NCBI RefSeq assembly: GCF_021028975.2
Contig: NC_059426.1
Coordinates: 93,992,001-94,056,000, forward strand
Reading direction: 5' to 3'
From: Sphaerodactylus townsendi
Lineage: Eukaryota
DNA length: 64,000 nucleotides
The stretch's first letter is position 1, and every line of letters begins with the position of its first letter. Below are positions 36,433-49,390 of the stretch, piece after piece. The translations under genes were made by a program, and so were the position numbers. The notes beneath the pieces were generated by a model. That model did no database searches. It saw only the letters and a program-made list of their open reading frames with translations, and was not told where the DNA came from.

Positions 36433-37815
36433 CAAAATGTGTATATGCAATATGGTGTCCATGTCCACGTCTATATGTATTATTTTCAACAAATTCGATA
36501 TCCTTCAAAACCAATTTCTCAAAGGTAATAATGGATGGGTCATACACTGGGGGAATAAATTTACGGTAGATTTCAAAGTGACTTGACCAGGTGCTGGCAT
36601 AAGTAACTGCGGGATATTCTCCGCAAAAATGACTCGTAATTTTATAGCCCATATAAGTTTGAATAAATCTATTCTAGTCTGATAAGAGTCATATTTTGGT
36701 GTTAAAACACATCCCAATCCCAGGTTCAATACTTTTTCTTTCTCTGGGGTAAGTTGTCGAGATGACAAATTAACTATTAGGTTTTCTTTCGTCCTCTCCA
36801 TGCCGAATGGAAAAAAGTCGGTGGACGGCGTTCCCAGGCACTTCGTCTCCCTATTTCAGTCCCTCTTCTGTCATATGGCTCACCCTTTCCTTGCCAGACG
36901 TTAGTGCGTGTGGATTTGGCTTCTAAACAACTTATGCCCTTGACTCAATATGGGCATTTTCCTTGTGGCCGGTGCGCACAATGTATTTGTTCCATGTCTA
37001 CGTTGACATTAGTTATTCCTAATAGCAATATTACTTGGCAGTTACAACATTTTACAACATGTGAAACGGCAAAATTTGTATATGCAATATTGTGTCCACG
37101 TCCAAAATTGTATATTGGAAAAACAGTGTGTTCTTTGAAGACTCACATCTCTCAGCACAGGAGTTGTGTTAGATTAGGCAAAGAAGAGGCACCTTTAGTT
37201 CAGCATTTTCAAGATAAGAACCATAAAGACTCTGATTTACAATTCTGTGTGATACAACAATTTAAAGATTTTGCCACACATGTAAATCTTGATAAACTTA
37301 TTCTGCAAGCTGAGAACCGCTTTATTTATAAATTTAAAACAGATTTATTAGGGTTAAATAAAGCTTTAGATTACGCTTGTCACTTATGAGCAATTATAGC
37401 TGAGCCCAGGTGGGATTAATTTCAATGGACTATATAGCCACTGATTACCTACAGGTGAACACCTGAGGAATGGATGCTGTGGGATGTTTTTCAGCTCTGT
37501 TAACAGAGAGTATGTAAGTACTGATTAGTTATTGTTCTGAATATAGGGTTCCTAAGAGTGGATAGTACATAGTAATATATAGTTTGCATGGTAGTAGTAG
37601 ACTGTTTTGTGATTTATTTGACAGATTACCCATTGGACACCTCCATGATATAATTACACATAAGGTTGTGGTACTGAAGGAGGAGACAAAAAACGCATTT
37701 TACATGAGATGCATTCTTGCTAATGCAACCTAATAGGAATGGATTACAATTTCTACCATCTATATATGGATTATAATAAATAAGTTCTTTGGACTATTGG
37801 ACTATTGATACGGTG
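36433..37815. mobile_element. Rearranged Penelope-like (Neptune-type) element: inverted N-terminal piece plus GIY-YIG endonuclease and pLTR
   Basis: Minus 36468-36801 IVNLSSRQLTPEKEKVLNLGLGCVLTP (PLE N-terminal motif). Plus 36904-37389 CGRCAQC...VYAILC...LYIGKT...H...E...GLN (GIY-YIG). Confidence 0.88.
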
Positions 37816-39545
37816 AAAGCTACATTGGATATAAATAGGATTGTATGAACTTGGAATTTGGTTCCTTAATCCAAAAAAAAAAGAGTTCTGTTACTTTAAT
37901 GGAATGTATAATGTACTGTCTTAGAAGGTTATATGACTTAAATAAGAAATAGAGCCAAAGGTGCGGCATGTTTATTGTGTTATAGTATTGTGGACACTGC
38001 ATTTTCATTACTTATATTGTACAGCTATCACTGCCACACACCCCTCCAGTGCAGGATGCTGTGGCACCGTTCCTTTACTGCCATCACCAGCGCAGCAGGG
38101 GCAGTTCAGGGCATGGCCAGATCAAACAATCCAGACTTCTGAAAAGCCCCACAGAGGCTACTGGGCAGCAGAGATGTCTTTTCCTTTTGCAGGCCTCCCC
38201 ACACCACTGGAAAGCCTCTGAGGGAGTGGCAAGGTGGCACGAATGCAGTGCCACGGCCAGGTGTCCACCTTGTGGATGGAACTGCCCCAGTACCTACTTT
38301 TTCCTGTGCTCCAGGCTTCAACTCCTTCAAACAACAGAAGGCATCTAGAAAAAATTTTCCAGTGGCAGGATAAAACTTTAGCAATGGGCTAAATCTTTCC
38401 TTCAAAAAAGTCTTGCCTGCTATATGTGGAATTCCCTCTACATATGACACTTCGTATGTGACATGACATCATCCTTTTGAGAATTTTCACACATTGCTCC
38501 ACTACGAAGCTGTTGTCTACAAGAATGCCAAAACGGTCGAAATGACATCACGTGTAGAAATGTATTAGACACTACCAGGGGAGAGTGGAAAGAGAAGATG
38601 CAGTGTCATGCTTTCTCATCTTGTTCCATTTTGCATTCTAATTTAGAGACTTTTTAAAAATACTTTGGCATGAGTAAGTAGGAGGGAATTTTCTTTCAAT
38701 GGAGAAACTCCCAGATGACAACTTCACAGTAATAGCCTGAACTGATAAAGGCTCCTATCTAGTTTGGCATAATGATTATTCCAACTCTGACAACATCTGT
38801 GCAAGACTTCAACATGAAGAAAATGTGAGAACTCTAGAAATGATCCTGAAAATGTGCCCACTTGGTGGTTGGAATTCTATGCCACTGAGAACTAAAGATG
38901 GCTCATTTCTGTCAAACATGAGAACATACACATACAATGGAACCTGTAAAATGCATTCATTTAGTTATGTTACATAACAACTTTAAGATGAAAGAAATCT
39001 GCTGCCCTTCAATAGGACACAGATCTGCCATTCAAATGTAGGATCACTGTTTCTAAAATAATGCCATGAATGAAAAGTAATAAAAGTTTAAAAGTGAACA
39101 CTGGAAACCTCAGCCATAGCCGCCCTGTCAAATCTGTTATAACAAACATAACTAAATTTAACCATACAGTACTTATCTCAAACAGGATTAGAACATGTTA
39201 CTGTTTATATTAGACAAAAAAAAATCATTTTCATTTATTACAGATTGCTATTCATCTTCTGAAACAATGTAAAAAAAACCAGAACAGTTCTGTGAATGCA
39301 TTCTCTTTCTGTGCTAATAAATTCATTTTATTCCAGTTCTGTAGCTTAGACATAACCCCTGTTGGAAGAGTAATTAATACAGCAATGGTACACAACCTGA
39401 TTAAAATGTAAATAAAACTTTATTTGGGAACCAACATACTTGATAGTGAAAAGGAAAGATAGAGATATGTCCCAATCCAGGTGGGGGGAGTGAATCTCCC
39501 TGTGGAGATGGTGCAGGACTGTGCTAGTGGATTTGTCCTCCCTGG

Positions 39546-39737
39546 TCATTTATCTTGGCGGAGAGGCAAATACAATGGTGGGAGGTCACTGCACACTTCC
39601 GGGATGTCCAGATGCACCACTGAGTGCCTTGTCCAGACAGAGAATCTTCTAAACTTATCTGCCGGTCTTGTATTTGAATATTCTAGAATGTCTTCTATGA
39701 CATGTAGTGAGTAAATATGGTAATGGCCACTATTGCT
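39546..39737 (-). CDS. Candidate alternative terminal exon of KIAA1549L (63 codons + TGA)
   Basis: Acceptor ttttaactatgtgttctag|. Phase-0 frame open for 63 codons and compatible with the TM exon. Minus-strand AATAAA at 39419-39424. No transcript evidence. Confidence 0.4.
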   Translation of the reverse strand, partial: SNSGHYHIYSLHVIEDILEYSNTRPADKFRRFSVWTRHSVVHLDIPEVCSDLPPLYLPLRQDK

Positions 39738-40757
39738 CTAGAACACATAGTTAAAACTGTAAAATGGGCCATATTAAAACATACTGAGGCCCTAGGTTTT
39801 GTCAAATTTGAGAGGCTCCACAACAGTAGTACAATAGAAATTTAGTTTAACGTCCAAGGCCAGGCACAACCTTGGACTTGACACCTGGCCCCTCCCCACA
39901 TAGCCCCAAGCTCACCTGAGGTTAGGAAGGGGCAGGGCATGATGAGCAGCCGTTGCTGCTGGTCGCCAATCCGCAGCAATCTGGGGGGTGATAGCCCCCC
40001 AAGGCCAGATCAAGTGCAGGGCCAGAAACTAGGGGGAGGCTCGGGAGGTGCCAGATGAGCCCCAGCAGGGCAGCAGGGCAGACTGGGCCTGAGAAGGCCG
40101 CAGCAGTGCTGCCAGGGAAGGGCAGGCCAGCTGGGAGGCAGGCCAAGCCCAAGGGACTGAAAGGGGGCGGGGCACTGATTAAGGAATAGGGGTGGCACAA
40201 ACAAGAAGGAGAGGGGAACAGGATACAAGGAGGGTGATGGGAAACACTGGGGGTGGATGTGAAGAGGTGGAAGGAGGTGGTGGTGGAGAAGCAGCAAGGA
40301 AGCGAAAGGAGTGAGTCTGAGAGCACGGAGAGACGGTGGAGGAGAGAAGGAAGGGGCAGGTGCAGGAGGGCGGGGGATTTGCACGCTGAAGACTGGTGAG
40401 GAGAGCTAAGGTTGAGGGCAAGGCACCTCCATAGCCAAACTGTGACTCAAGAGGCTGAACACAATTGACCACTCCCTGGCAAACGGAAGTGCGGCCAGGA
40501 GCAAAAACACCTGAGTCAGGGAAGGAGGGGTGGCAACCAGTCCCCTAACAGAGTTGGAGAGGGGTGATGCTACATTTTAAAAATAAATTTAGAGGCTCTT
40601 TGTAATCAGAAGCCCTAAACTGTGGCTTATCTGGCTTCCTTCTAAATCCAGTTCCAACATAAACCCCCTTGGGAAATTTAATTCAGTAAGGTAGGGAAAG
40701 AAACCACTTAAATAAACAGTTTACAAATATTTCAGAGTTGGCTTAAAAAGTACTCAC

Positions 40758-40921
40758 TTTGGCTCTCTGTGGTAGGTTCATCATGGTGTCAGCCTTGAAG
40801 TCATTTTTATTTTTCCTGCAGAGAACAGCTGTGATGATGATGATGATTACTGTAACCACAGCAATGGGAGCCAATACTGCTGCAATTATCCACAAATTGT
40901 TGGGTGGATTTTTCACCACAG
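40758..40921 (-). CDS. KIAA1549L: KIAA1549L transmembrane exon (164 nt, phase 1-0): PVVKNPPNNLWIIAAVLAPIAVVTVIIIIITAVLCRKNKNDFKADTMMNLPQRAK
   Basis: Acceptor catacag|, donor AAA|gtgagt. Hydrophobic TM helix followed by a basic stop-transfer segment RKNK. Confidence 0.97.
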
Positions 40922-41105
40922 CTGTATGAATATATACATATAGAGAGAGACAGAAAGAGCAAGAGAAATAGTTATATGAAAAGTCAAATTATTGGTCCAA
41001 ATATTTATTTATTTTTATTAAAGATTTCTATGTCACCTTTCCACTCATTTCAGGGTCCAAGGGTAGCAAATATTTCAAACATTAAAAAGCATTTAAAATG
41101 AAGAT

Positions 41106-43027
41106 GTATATAATACTAGCGGGGCCCAGCCACGCGTTGCTGTGGCAATTGTCCTTCTAATCACAGTCTGCAACCCACACAGATGTCCATGCAGGTCCAA
41201 TGATCCGCAGCACAGCCTTTAGGGGTGGTCAAATGGAATCCCTCTTTCCCTTTTCAATTCACATTGTTATATGGTGGTGTCTTTTTTTTAGTATAAGGGA
41301 ACACTTTCCATTCCACAACAGAACTGTCCAGAGTGTGAATCCCGCTGTCCATGAGGCTGGTTGACATGCACAGTCCTGGCTTGGGGAAGGCAGAACGGGG
41401 GCAAGGAGGCTATCCCAGTCAGGCAGCAGAGGCAGGGTGGTGAGGCGCTCAGATCGAGGCCAGCTCCCTGGGTTCTTAAAGGGCCATGTGCAAAAGAAGC
41501 GGAGCCAGTAGTGTTGGTTCGCCCCCACCCCGCGGATTTTCTTAGAAGAAAAAGGCACACTCCAGCTCGCTTTTAGTAAAAGAGAGCTGTGGCGAATATG
41601 GGTGAGGAAGTGGGTAAGTGGTGGTTGGATGTGAGGGAGGGCAGAGTGAGGTATGTGAGGATGAGCTGTATATGTATGAAAGTATGTGTGTTATGTGGTA
41701 GCAGTGGATGAGGCACAGAGAGTGAAAGTTACCTGCGTGTGAGGGGGGGAACCCCACCTGGTGTTGTTACCATCGGGGTAACGTGTTTAATAAAAAAATT
41801 AGCTAATAAGCTTGAGCCAACAAGGAATAGAATTAAATAAACAATTTTTATTCCAAACCAACAGAGGGTCTATTTAGAATTAGAGGAGTCGTGCTGATTA
41901 CACAAATGTCACAGTTCTTATAGGGTAAAAACAGCTGATGCACCATAAATGTTGCAAAGCCAAATTCTGTCAATTCATGACGTTTCAATATTTTCATCAT
42001 TGTTAATCATGGCGATACATTGTTAAATAGCATTCTTAAGAATATGATTTCTCACATGGCTTGACTCACACTTTGCTTTAATTTTGCTGACCAGTTCTTT
42101 TCCTACACACACACTTTTTCAGCTAGTTGCTAAGTCAAAGTATCTTTTCTTTGGAATGTGGGAAGAAACAATAGGACTGTTTAGAAAGCAAAGTGCCTTT
42201 GCTATATTTTTAAGCAAGAATTTTTAATACTAAACATGTCTTCAAAAAGACTTGCTTAAGTTACATATAAGTATGCTTTAGCTGAAATGTTTAAAAGTTT
42301 TATTTCTATTTTCTAATTTCTGGGTCTGTGCTTTTAGATATGCTTTAGTTGAAGATATTATTTTCATGAGCTTTGACTTGCATACAAGCATAAAAAAGTA
42401 TCTTTTTCTGGAATGCAGGAACATTGAATGCTTTCTCTTAACAAAGACACTTTTTATGATTCTGTGCAATGACTTTAAGATGTATTTTTACCAGAATCTT
42501 TTTCAGAGAGCTTGATTAAGGCCTACATGATTTTTCCTCAGAAAACCTTAAACATGATCTCCTGCTTCACAGCTTATGGTTGTCAGCACAGAGATGTAAA
42601 AGGCATTGACTGGCTTAATATAAAATAATTTCCCTGTTCTGTGCCTACAGTGTCTCACATGGGAAAGTGTGTATATGTTTCACTTCCAGTCGTATTACCT
42701 AACAATGTTACCTATTTACTGTCTTCAATGCTCATCTCTGCCCATCTGCGTGAACATTCTAAGCCCTCATGCCGAGCCCTCAGGCCACAGACAGGCTGCA
42801 CCAACATTCTAAGGGTGACAGTTAAACAGAGGCAGCTTCATGGCCGGGTGCGCCAGGAAAAAGACGTTTTACCTGGCTCAGGTATGGACTTTTGACGATT
42901 TGAAGGTCTGATTACCTGCCTGCAACAGGGAGGAACATCATGTGAAAATTTGGGGGCGATCCGTCCAGCCGTTTCGGCGTTAGGGAGTGACTAATAAAGT
43001 CACTGTTAGCTTTTTATATATATAGAT
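41106..43027 (+). mobile_element. Helitron/Helentron-like non-autonomous element (orientation nominal)
   Basis: One end tactagcggggcccagccacgcgttgctgtggc. Other end has hairpin agtgact-aataa-agtcact followed by ttttatatatatagat. No TSD. Confidence 0.65.
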
Positions 43028-44131
43028 TTATTACAATTAAATAAACACATCACATAAACCCATCTCTCTATATAATTGAACAAGCCTAGAAGATGGAGCC
43101 AACTCACTTCAAGCCAATCTCCAAGCCTGGCTTACTTCCAACCACTTGCTTGGGGGCAGGGCTGACACAGAACCAGTAAAAACCAACACAAACAAAACAG
43201 AGGAATTTGGTGGTTACTTGCTCTATACACAGCAGACTGCTTAGCTTCTGAGCTCTAATGAGACTGGGCTAGCTTGAACCATCCAGGTTAAGCACCCCAG
43301 GTAACCCCAAGTTATAACCTAGAGGGACATTTTGAGCTGTAGGGAGGTGAGAAAGTCTCTTCTATAATGCTCTTAACGAATACTGGGTTACAAGGAGAAG
43401 GGGGTAGAGAAAGAATGCCTCTGACTATACTTGAAGGAGTTTTCTCAGCAGACTTTTCCTGCTTAAGAATCACAGCCAGCTTCTACACAGCTGAGACTTC
43501 AAAGCCCCGGCTGCAACTTCCATGAAGCCATGAAGCCCAGAACCTTTTCATTCAGAAACTCAGCACAGAAAGTAAAAGATGAGGGAGTGTGAGTTCACCC
43601 AATCTCTCCCCTCACTACAATGCTTACAATGGCACATGATGTTTTGGCCATGAGAACCCCCCAATCTTCATCAAATGTTTTCACAGGTTCACAGGAAATG
43701 GCTAGAAGGGAAAGATGTGTCTCCAAAAGTAATTTGTACAATTCCATACAGTGTCTGCCAGTCAAACTGTCTTCTGCAGTAATCCACAGAACGTGTAAAT
43801 GTAGCCTAATTAATTAGAATGCTTTGTTGTACTGATGCACAAGCTGAAGACTTCATCCAAATAGCAAATGTTGCAAAAACAGTTGCAAATGTTCTAAGCC
43901 TAAAGTTCTAAGATACAGTCCAAAACAAAGATCTTTCTTCATTCACCTGTCAACTGTCAAAAATAAGTGTGTCGGGAAAATCATTTAAAACATAATCTGA
44001 AATTTTAAAATATATGTATAAACAGCATTCAGAAGTCACATTCAACTGAACAATGGGAATTCATTCTAAAGGGGAAAAAGGGGAAAGGTCAGCCTGGAAA
44101 CTCCACTTGGTATATAATGCTGCAGTTCAGT

Positions 44132-44685
44132 TATTATCAGGAGCTAGGTAGAGCATGCATATCACACCCATTCTTCAGTCACTCTGCCAGCAACTTTACT
44201 CAGAGCTGGTAGAGCCCAGAAAGACCACCAGATTGGCTGCCCAATGATTGTAAGTTGTCCACAGAATCAGAGCCATTAACTCAACTCATTGCGGCAACCC
44301 ACCTCCACCAAAGTATAAAAGGGTGACTGCTAACAGCTGTTCACAGAAGTTAAGTGTGTTGTTTAGTCTTGCTGCAACTCTGTCCCAAAACTGTTCTCTG
44401 TACCTAATACCCACAACTCTGGACGTCAGCTTGACCCCTAGCTTCAGATTGTTACCTCAGACTTGCCTCTGGAAATCGTGTTTGGCCTATTACTTCCAGT
44501 ACACTCGACCATGCCTTGGATCGTTGGACCTTCCCATACACTGGACCATGCCTTGACCTACTCTTTCAGACTCTGCCTGGACTCTGTTTGCCTTACTCAT
44601 ACTCTGACCTTGGACTGATTGCACACTTCTCGGGACTGTGACACTGCTCTCTCATTCGGAGCCCTCCCGCTGCTTTGCCCAGACA
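44132..44685 (+). mobile_element. Solo LTR
   Basis: 5-bp TSD tcagt; ends TA (presumably from TG)...CA; TATA box tataaaag at ~44314. Confidence 0.65.
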
Positions 44686-45841
44686 TCAGTCAGACCATTT
44701 TATTTATTTATTTATTTATTTATTTACTTACTTATTTAAATTTCAACTTACTATACCACCCACCCCCAAAGAGCTTTGGGCGGTGTACAATATTTCAGAT
44801 AAAACATCATAAAAACATAACCATAAAACCAGAACAAACCCATAATGTTATAACAATTGCAAGATGGCAAAACAACTCTATATAGACCCCTTCACTATAG
44901 GGAATGACACTAGAATATCCCCCTCCCCACTCAGCATTTAACTGTCCACCATGACAATAGATGATAAACAGATGTGCCACGTAAGTATTCACAAATCATG
45001 TATTCTCTCCTTTCTCCAGCTGATTTTGGGTCCAATACAGATGGGAGCGGTGGAGGCTTATGGGAGCAGCAAAGGCCCGCAACAGTGCATTTGCCCACCC
45101 CACCAGCATAAGGGCACCTACACCAGTGTACAGAGCAACGACATGTGTCTTCCAGGTTACCGCAGCATCCAACCCTGTAAGTGCCCGCCATCTGGGTGCT
45201 ACACCTGCATCCAAGGGTGCACCAGCACAGTGGAGGTGAGCTGGGGGAGTTCCCGGGGGTAGAGTCAATTTTAGTTGACTTCCACGGGGGTTTCAGCTCA
45301 GGAGTACCCCTCTCCACAGATATACACCACTGGTAATTATGGTGTTTTTTTCTGCAATGGGGCTTTTTGAGTGGCAGGAGGGTTTTTCAATTTCCCTTCT
45401 TTTCACACTGCCAAAGCACCTTTGGAGGCAGCACAGCACCACGTTTGCTGTGCCATCCCTGGCCTCCACGGAGCTTCCACCTCATCTGGATAGCATCCAT
45501 AAGAAATCCAGTTATTCAGATACAGGAGAGCAGAACAATACATATATCTTTTAAATCATCTGCCATGGAAAGAAAGAACAATGTTATTTTAAGTCAAATT
45601 TTCAGCTCCACTTCCCTCCTCAACACAGAAGAGTCAACTGATATGCAAAATTATTCCAGCTATATGATACAACAAAATTTACTGATGATACAACAAAATA
45701 CATAAGAAAAACAGCTAACCAGAAAAAATATTAGAAGTAATGTGTACAAACCTCATGTGACATACTGACTTGTTGAATTATAAACAATCATTACAGACCA
45801 CTCTTATTAAAAGGGAAATTTAGCATTAAAAATATTCTTAC

Positions 45842-46013
45842 GATCAGCTTGTACTTGAACAACATATCCCAGTGTCAAGGCCATCCTTTGTGAATCAACA
45901 GTGGTCAGAATTTTGGCGGCTGTTGTGCCCAGCAAAGGTTTTCCATTGTATAAAGTATAATAAGTCAATTCAGCAGGCTCCTTGGGACCTGGAATTCGCT
46001 GCATTTTTACCAT
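45842..46013 (-). CDS. KIAA1549L: KIAA1549L exon (172 nt, phase 0-1): MVKMQRIPGPKEPAELTYYTLYNGKPLLGTTAAKILTTVDSQRMALTLGYVVQVQAD
   Basis: Acceptor ag|ATG, donor C|gtaaga. Peptide is near-identical to recalled KIAA1549L. Confidence 0.96.
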
Positions 46014-46556
46014 CTTATTAAAGAAAACAACAACAGAAAGATATATAAAGGAAAGATCATATTTATCATATTAATAGGTTCATGTCTATGCCACAAGAGA
46101 CAGAATTATTATGCTAATGAATTTGTAAATTAAATCGACATTTCTAATTAAAATTCAATATGTACAGATAAGCAAAGGGAAAATATTCTATGTGGAGGCA
46201 AAAATATCATTTCAGTTGAGAGGTTTGCATTAACTCAGTAACTCAACACATTGGGTGTCCTGTTCCTCCCTCTCCTGAAACCTTGTTCAGAGTTGAAACA
46301 GGTTCAGCTATGGACATCTCACCAGTTAGTCCTCAGATAAGCTTTGTTGGCTGGTGCACAGGTTGACAACTCCTTTATATAATGATTTTTAGTATTAAAA
46401 ACTCACAAAGCTAAAAATGAGAGGAAAGGGAAAGGCGGGGAAAAATGAACCATTGGGTAACTTATTTCACACTATCACTCTGACAAAGCAACAAAGACAT
46501 GTTTTGCCTAATATAAAGTATTTGGGATTCAGAATATCCCAATAGAATATGATGAG

Positions 46557-46915
46557 ATTTTATTATTATTATTTTTAATGTTACGGCTGCCAGTTCTTTA
46601 GCTGGTTATTGGCTTTTCATTACAATTTGAGCCTCACCTAGAGGCCTAGGAAGTTGTAATGTATCGGTGTAGTATTCATGCAGATCCCAGCAGGGCTGCC
46701 TTCTGAATCTGACAGATGTAAATTTTGTTGATTTGAAGTATTTCAAGTGCAGCCCTAGGGGTTTCGGAATGGCGCCCAGGGTGCCGATTACCACTGGGAC
46801 AACCTCAGCTGGTTTGTGCCATAGACGCAGAATCTCAATTTTCAAATCGTGATATTTAGTGACCTTCTCATGTTCTTTTTCATCTACCCTGCTGTCACCA
46901 GGTATTGCTATGCTA
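46557..46915 (-). mobile_element. Dong/R4-clade LINE 3' end (restriction-like endonuclease)
   Basis: IAIPGDSRVDEKEHEKVTKYHDLKIEILRLW...VVPVVIGTLGAIPK...QKAALLGS; terminates in a (TAA)n tract. Confidence 0.85.
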
Positions 46916-47230
46916 TTGTTGCTATTTGAAAACCAAGCACAAAAATACTTTGTGGATGTGATTGCAGCATAGATAAAACTTCAGCTCATTCTTTCTTTGA
47001 TCAGCAATGTATTATTTTTATTCCACCCTGGATTAGAGAGAAGGAAAGCATTTTGCATATTGGATATAACATTAGTTTCTTATTTAAAAATAAGCTTAAT
47101 CACCATATTTTGTTGCAATTTACTCTAATCATAGTACCACTCAATGCAGTTTCCAGAAATACATTATTCTTTAAGAACAATAATTGAGGTAGATGATCCC
47201 ACCCCCCACCCCCCTTGCTGTATCAGTTAC

Positions 47231-47382
47231 CTGCACAGTGTAGCTGCCAACTGTAGTGGCCCGTTTAAACCGTCTTCCTTGTTGATGGGACATCATGAAT
47301 AGTGGGGCTAAACGCTGCTCCATTAGTCTGGCAAAACTCTGATTATTCAGCCCCAGCAAAGTGATTTCAACTCCCTGTATAA
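47231..47382 (-). CDS. KIAA1549L: KIAA1549L exon (152 nt, phase 1-0): VIQGVEITLLGLNNQSFARLMEQRLAPLFMMSHQQGRRFKRATTVGSYTVQ
   Basis: Acceptor attctcag|, donor CAG|gtaact. Strong similarity to KIAA1549L; contains a furin-like RFKR motif. Confidence 0.96.
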
Positions 47383-47733
47383 CTGAGAATGGAGAGAAAT
47401 AATCAATAGGAGGGCATTAAGGATATACTAATTTATAGGCTGCAGGTATAGTCTTAAAGAATGAAGCAACAAATTGGATAGCAAATCTAGAAACTTATTT
47501 AATAATGGTTCATACTATATACCTTCAGCATGTATATGCAGCCTTTCTTGAAGCTGCTGCAGAGGGGAGTTTTGCTGTCTTCCCACTAAGGCACCTTATT
47601 CCATGGTTGAGTTATGCCTATAGTTATATATTTCTTCTAATATTTAATTCAAATTTGCCATTCTGTTGGAAAAACCTCTTTGGTGGCTTCCTTTCCTTTT
47701 AAATGTCTTGTTTAAGTACCTGAATTGTTACTA

Positions 47734-48072
47734 CCGTGTTTCCCCGAAAATAAGACAGGTTCTTATATTAATTTTTGCACCAAAAGATGCATTAGGGCTT
47801 ATTTTAGGGGTAGGGTTTATTTTAGGGGAAATACAATACCTTCACAACTCATTAAGGTGGGCTCTCTGCAGCCCTTGCTTTCCTGTCACATGTGATGCAA
47901 GCTGAATCCTCATTGGCAGGGAGCACCCTGCTGGATCACACCATCCTGATCTGTAACTACTGGTAGGGCTTATTTTTGGAGTAGGCCTTATATTTTAAAC
48001 CTCCTCCAAAAATCCTGAAAAATCATGACAGGGGTTATTTTTGGGGTAGGGCTTATTTTCGGGGAAACATGG
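47734..48072. mobile_element. Tc2/pogo-like MITE
   Basis: TIR ccgtgtttccccgaaaataag / cttattttcggggaaacatgg; TA TSD. Confidence 0.88.
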
Positions 48073-49095
48073 TATACTCCTTCCCCTTTCTCTAAACTAA
48101 GTTCCCATGATTCACTTTTGAGAAATGTTGCAACCATTTTCAGTAGCTTCAAAAATACACACATGCATACATTGGGAATGGGAGCCAAAATCCACTCCTA
48201 CACTATAACATTTGAGCTAGCAATTAAATCCAAAAGAACTCAAAACCAAGGGTTTGCAGTGCAGAAGCCTCAATAGTCATTATACCTGCTACATTAGTAT
48301 GAGAACTATACTAAACAGGAAAGAGCAAACAAATATGAACATGGAAATTTTTCTACAAAAATGCTAAAAGATAAGAATTCAGAAAGGGCCAGAAATAGGA
48401 AACTTCTGGAGCAGCAGGATTCCATGAGGTCTGGATAGGAAGACATAAGAGCACAGCAAAACTGACCCTGCAACCAAGACCAGGAGACTTATTTACACTG
48501 TCAAGGTGAAATGAATCAGGCTGTGTTAAAAATAGCTTTACTGGTTTGTTTGTTTGTTTGTTTGTTTGATTGATTTCTGCCCCATATCTTAAACCAGCAA
48601 AGCTGAGAGACTGAATAACGATCTCTATGGAAGCAATCTCTGCCTAGACAGATTTTTCTTAGTGTGGGAGCCATATTCATCTGCAGCAGCAAAACAACAA
48701 AGGAGTCCAGTGACACTTTAGAAGACTAACAGTACAAACCAGTACAATTCTAGTACAAACATTATGTGATCAAGTGAGGTCTAACTCATGAAAGTTAAGG
48801 GATGTCAAACAAGTTGCCCTGGGGATGAATCAGGCCCCTTAAAAGGGTTTATCTAGCCTGGTAGTTAGCTGAGGCAACATCCCCGCACCCACAATCTGAC
48901 CCTGAAAGACCCCGCCCCCAATCTTACTGTGCAAGCCTGACTGGATTTGCCAGTCCAGGTACCTACCCACCCAGAGGCGTATGGCCTATAGGGACATGGG
49001 GTCACCCCCCCCCCACATAACCAAAAGGCTTGTGCCCCAGCCGCACACCACAGAGCCCCTGCTCCTCCGTCTCCCGGTCAATCTGAGCTGGCAAG

Positions 49096-49390
49096 TGTAA
49101 GGAATTTCATAGAAGCAGAAATAAAAGGCTCTTTGGTGTAAAAGACCGTTTATTCAGACATCTTAGAAAGCTCAAGTACACGCAGTGGCAGGAATAAGAT
49201 CTCCCGCCAGAAACACAGGTTATAACTCTGTCCATCCCATCCCCCCTCCCGGATTCCCATGGGAACGGAGGTCTCATCTCCCTCGCAGAGATAAGGTCTC
49301 CGCCGGAGAAGCTGGCCCATCGCCCGGGCTGTGGAATGCAGTCAAGGCCAGGCGGCTGCCCCTCTCATCAACACCATTGAATCCTTTACA
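49096..49390 (-). mobile_element. Solo LTR (295 bp) nested in a composite hAT-like element (~48797-50185)
   Basis: tgtaagga...tcctttaca termini; perfect 5-bp TSD gcaag; minus-strand AATAAA at ~49149. Confidence 0.85.
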
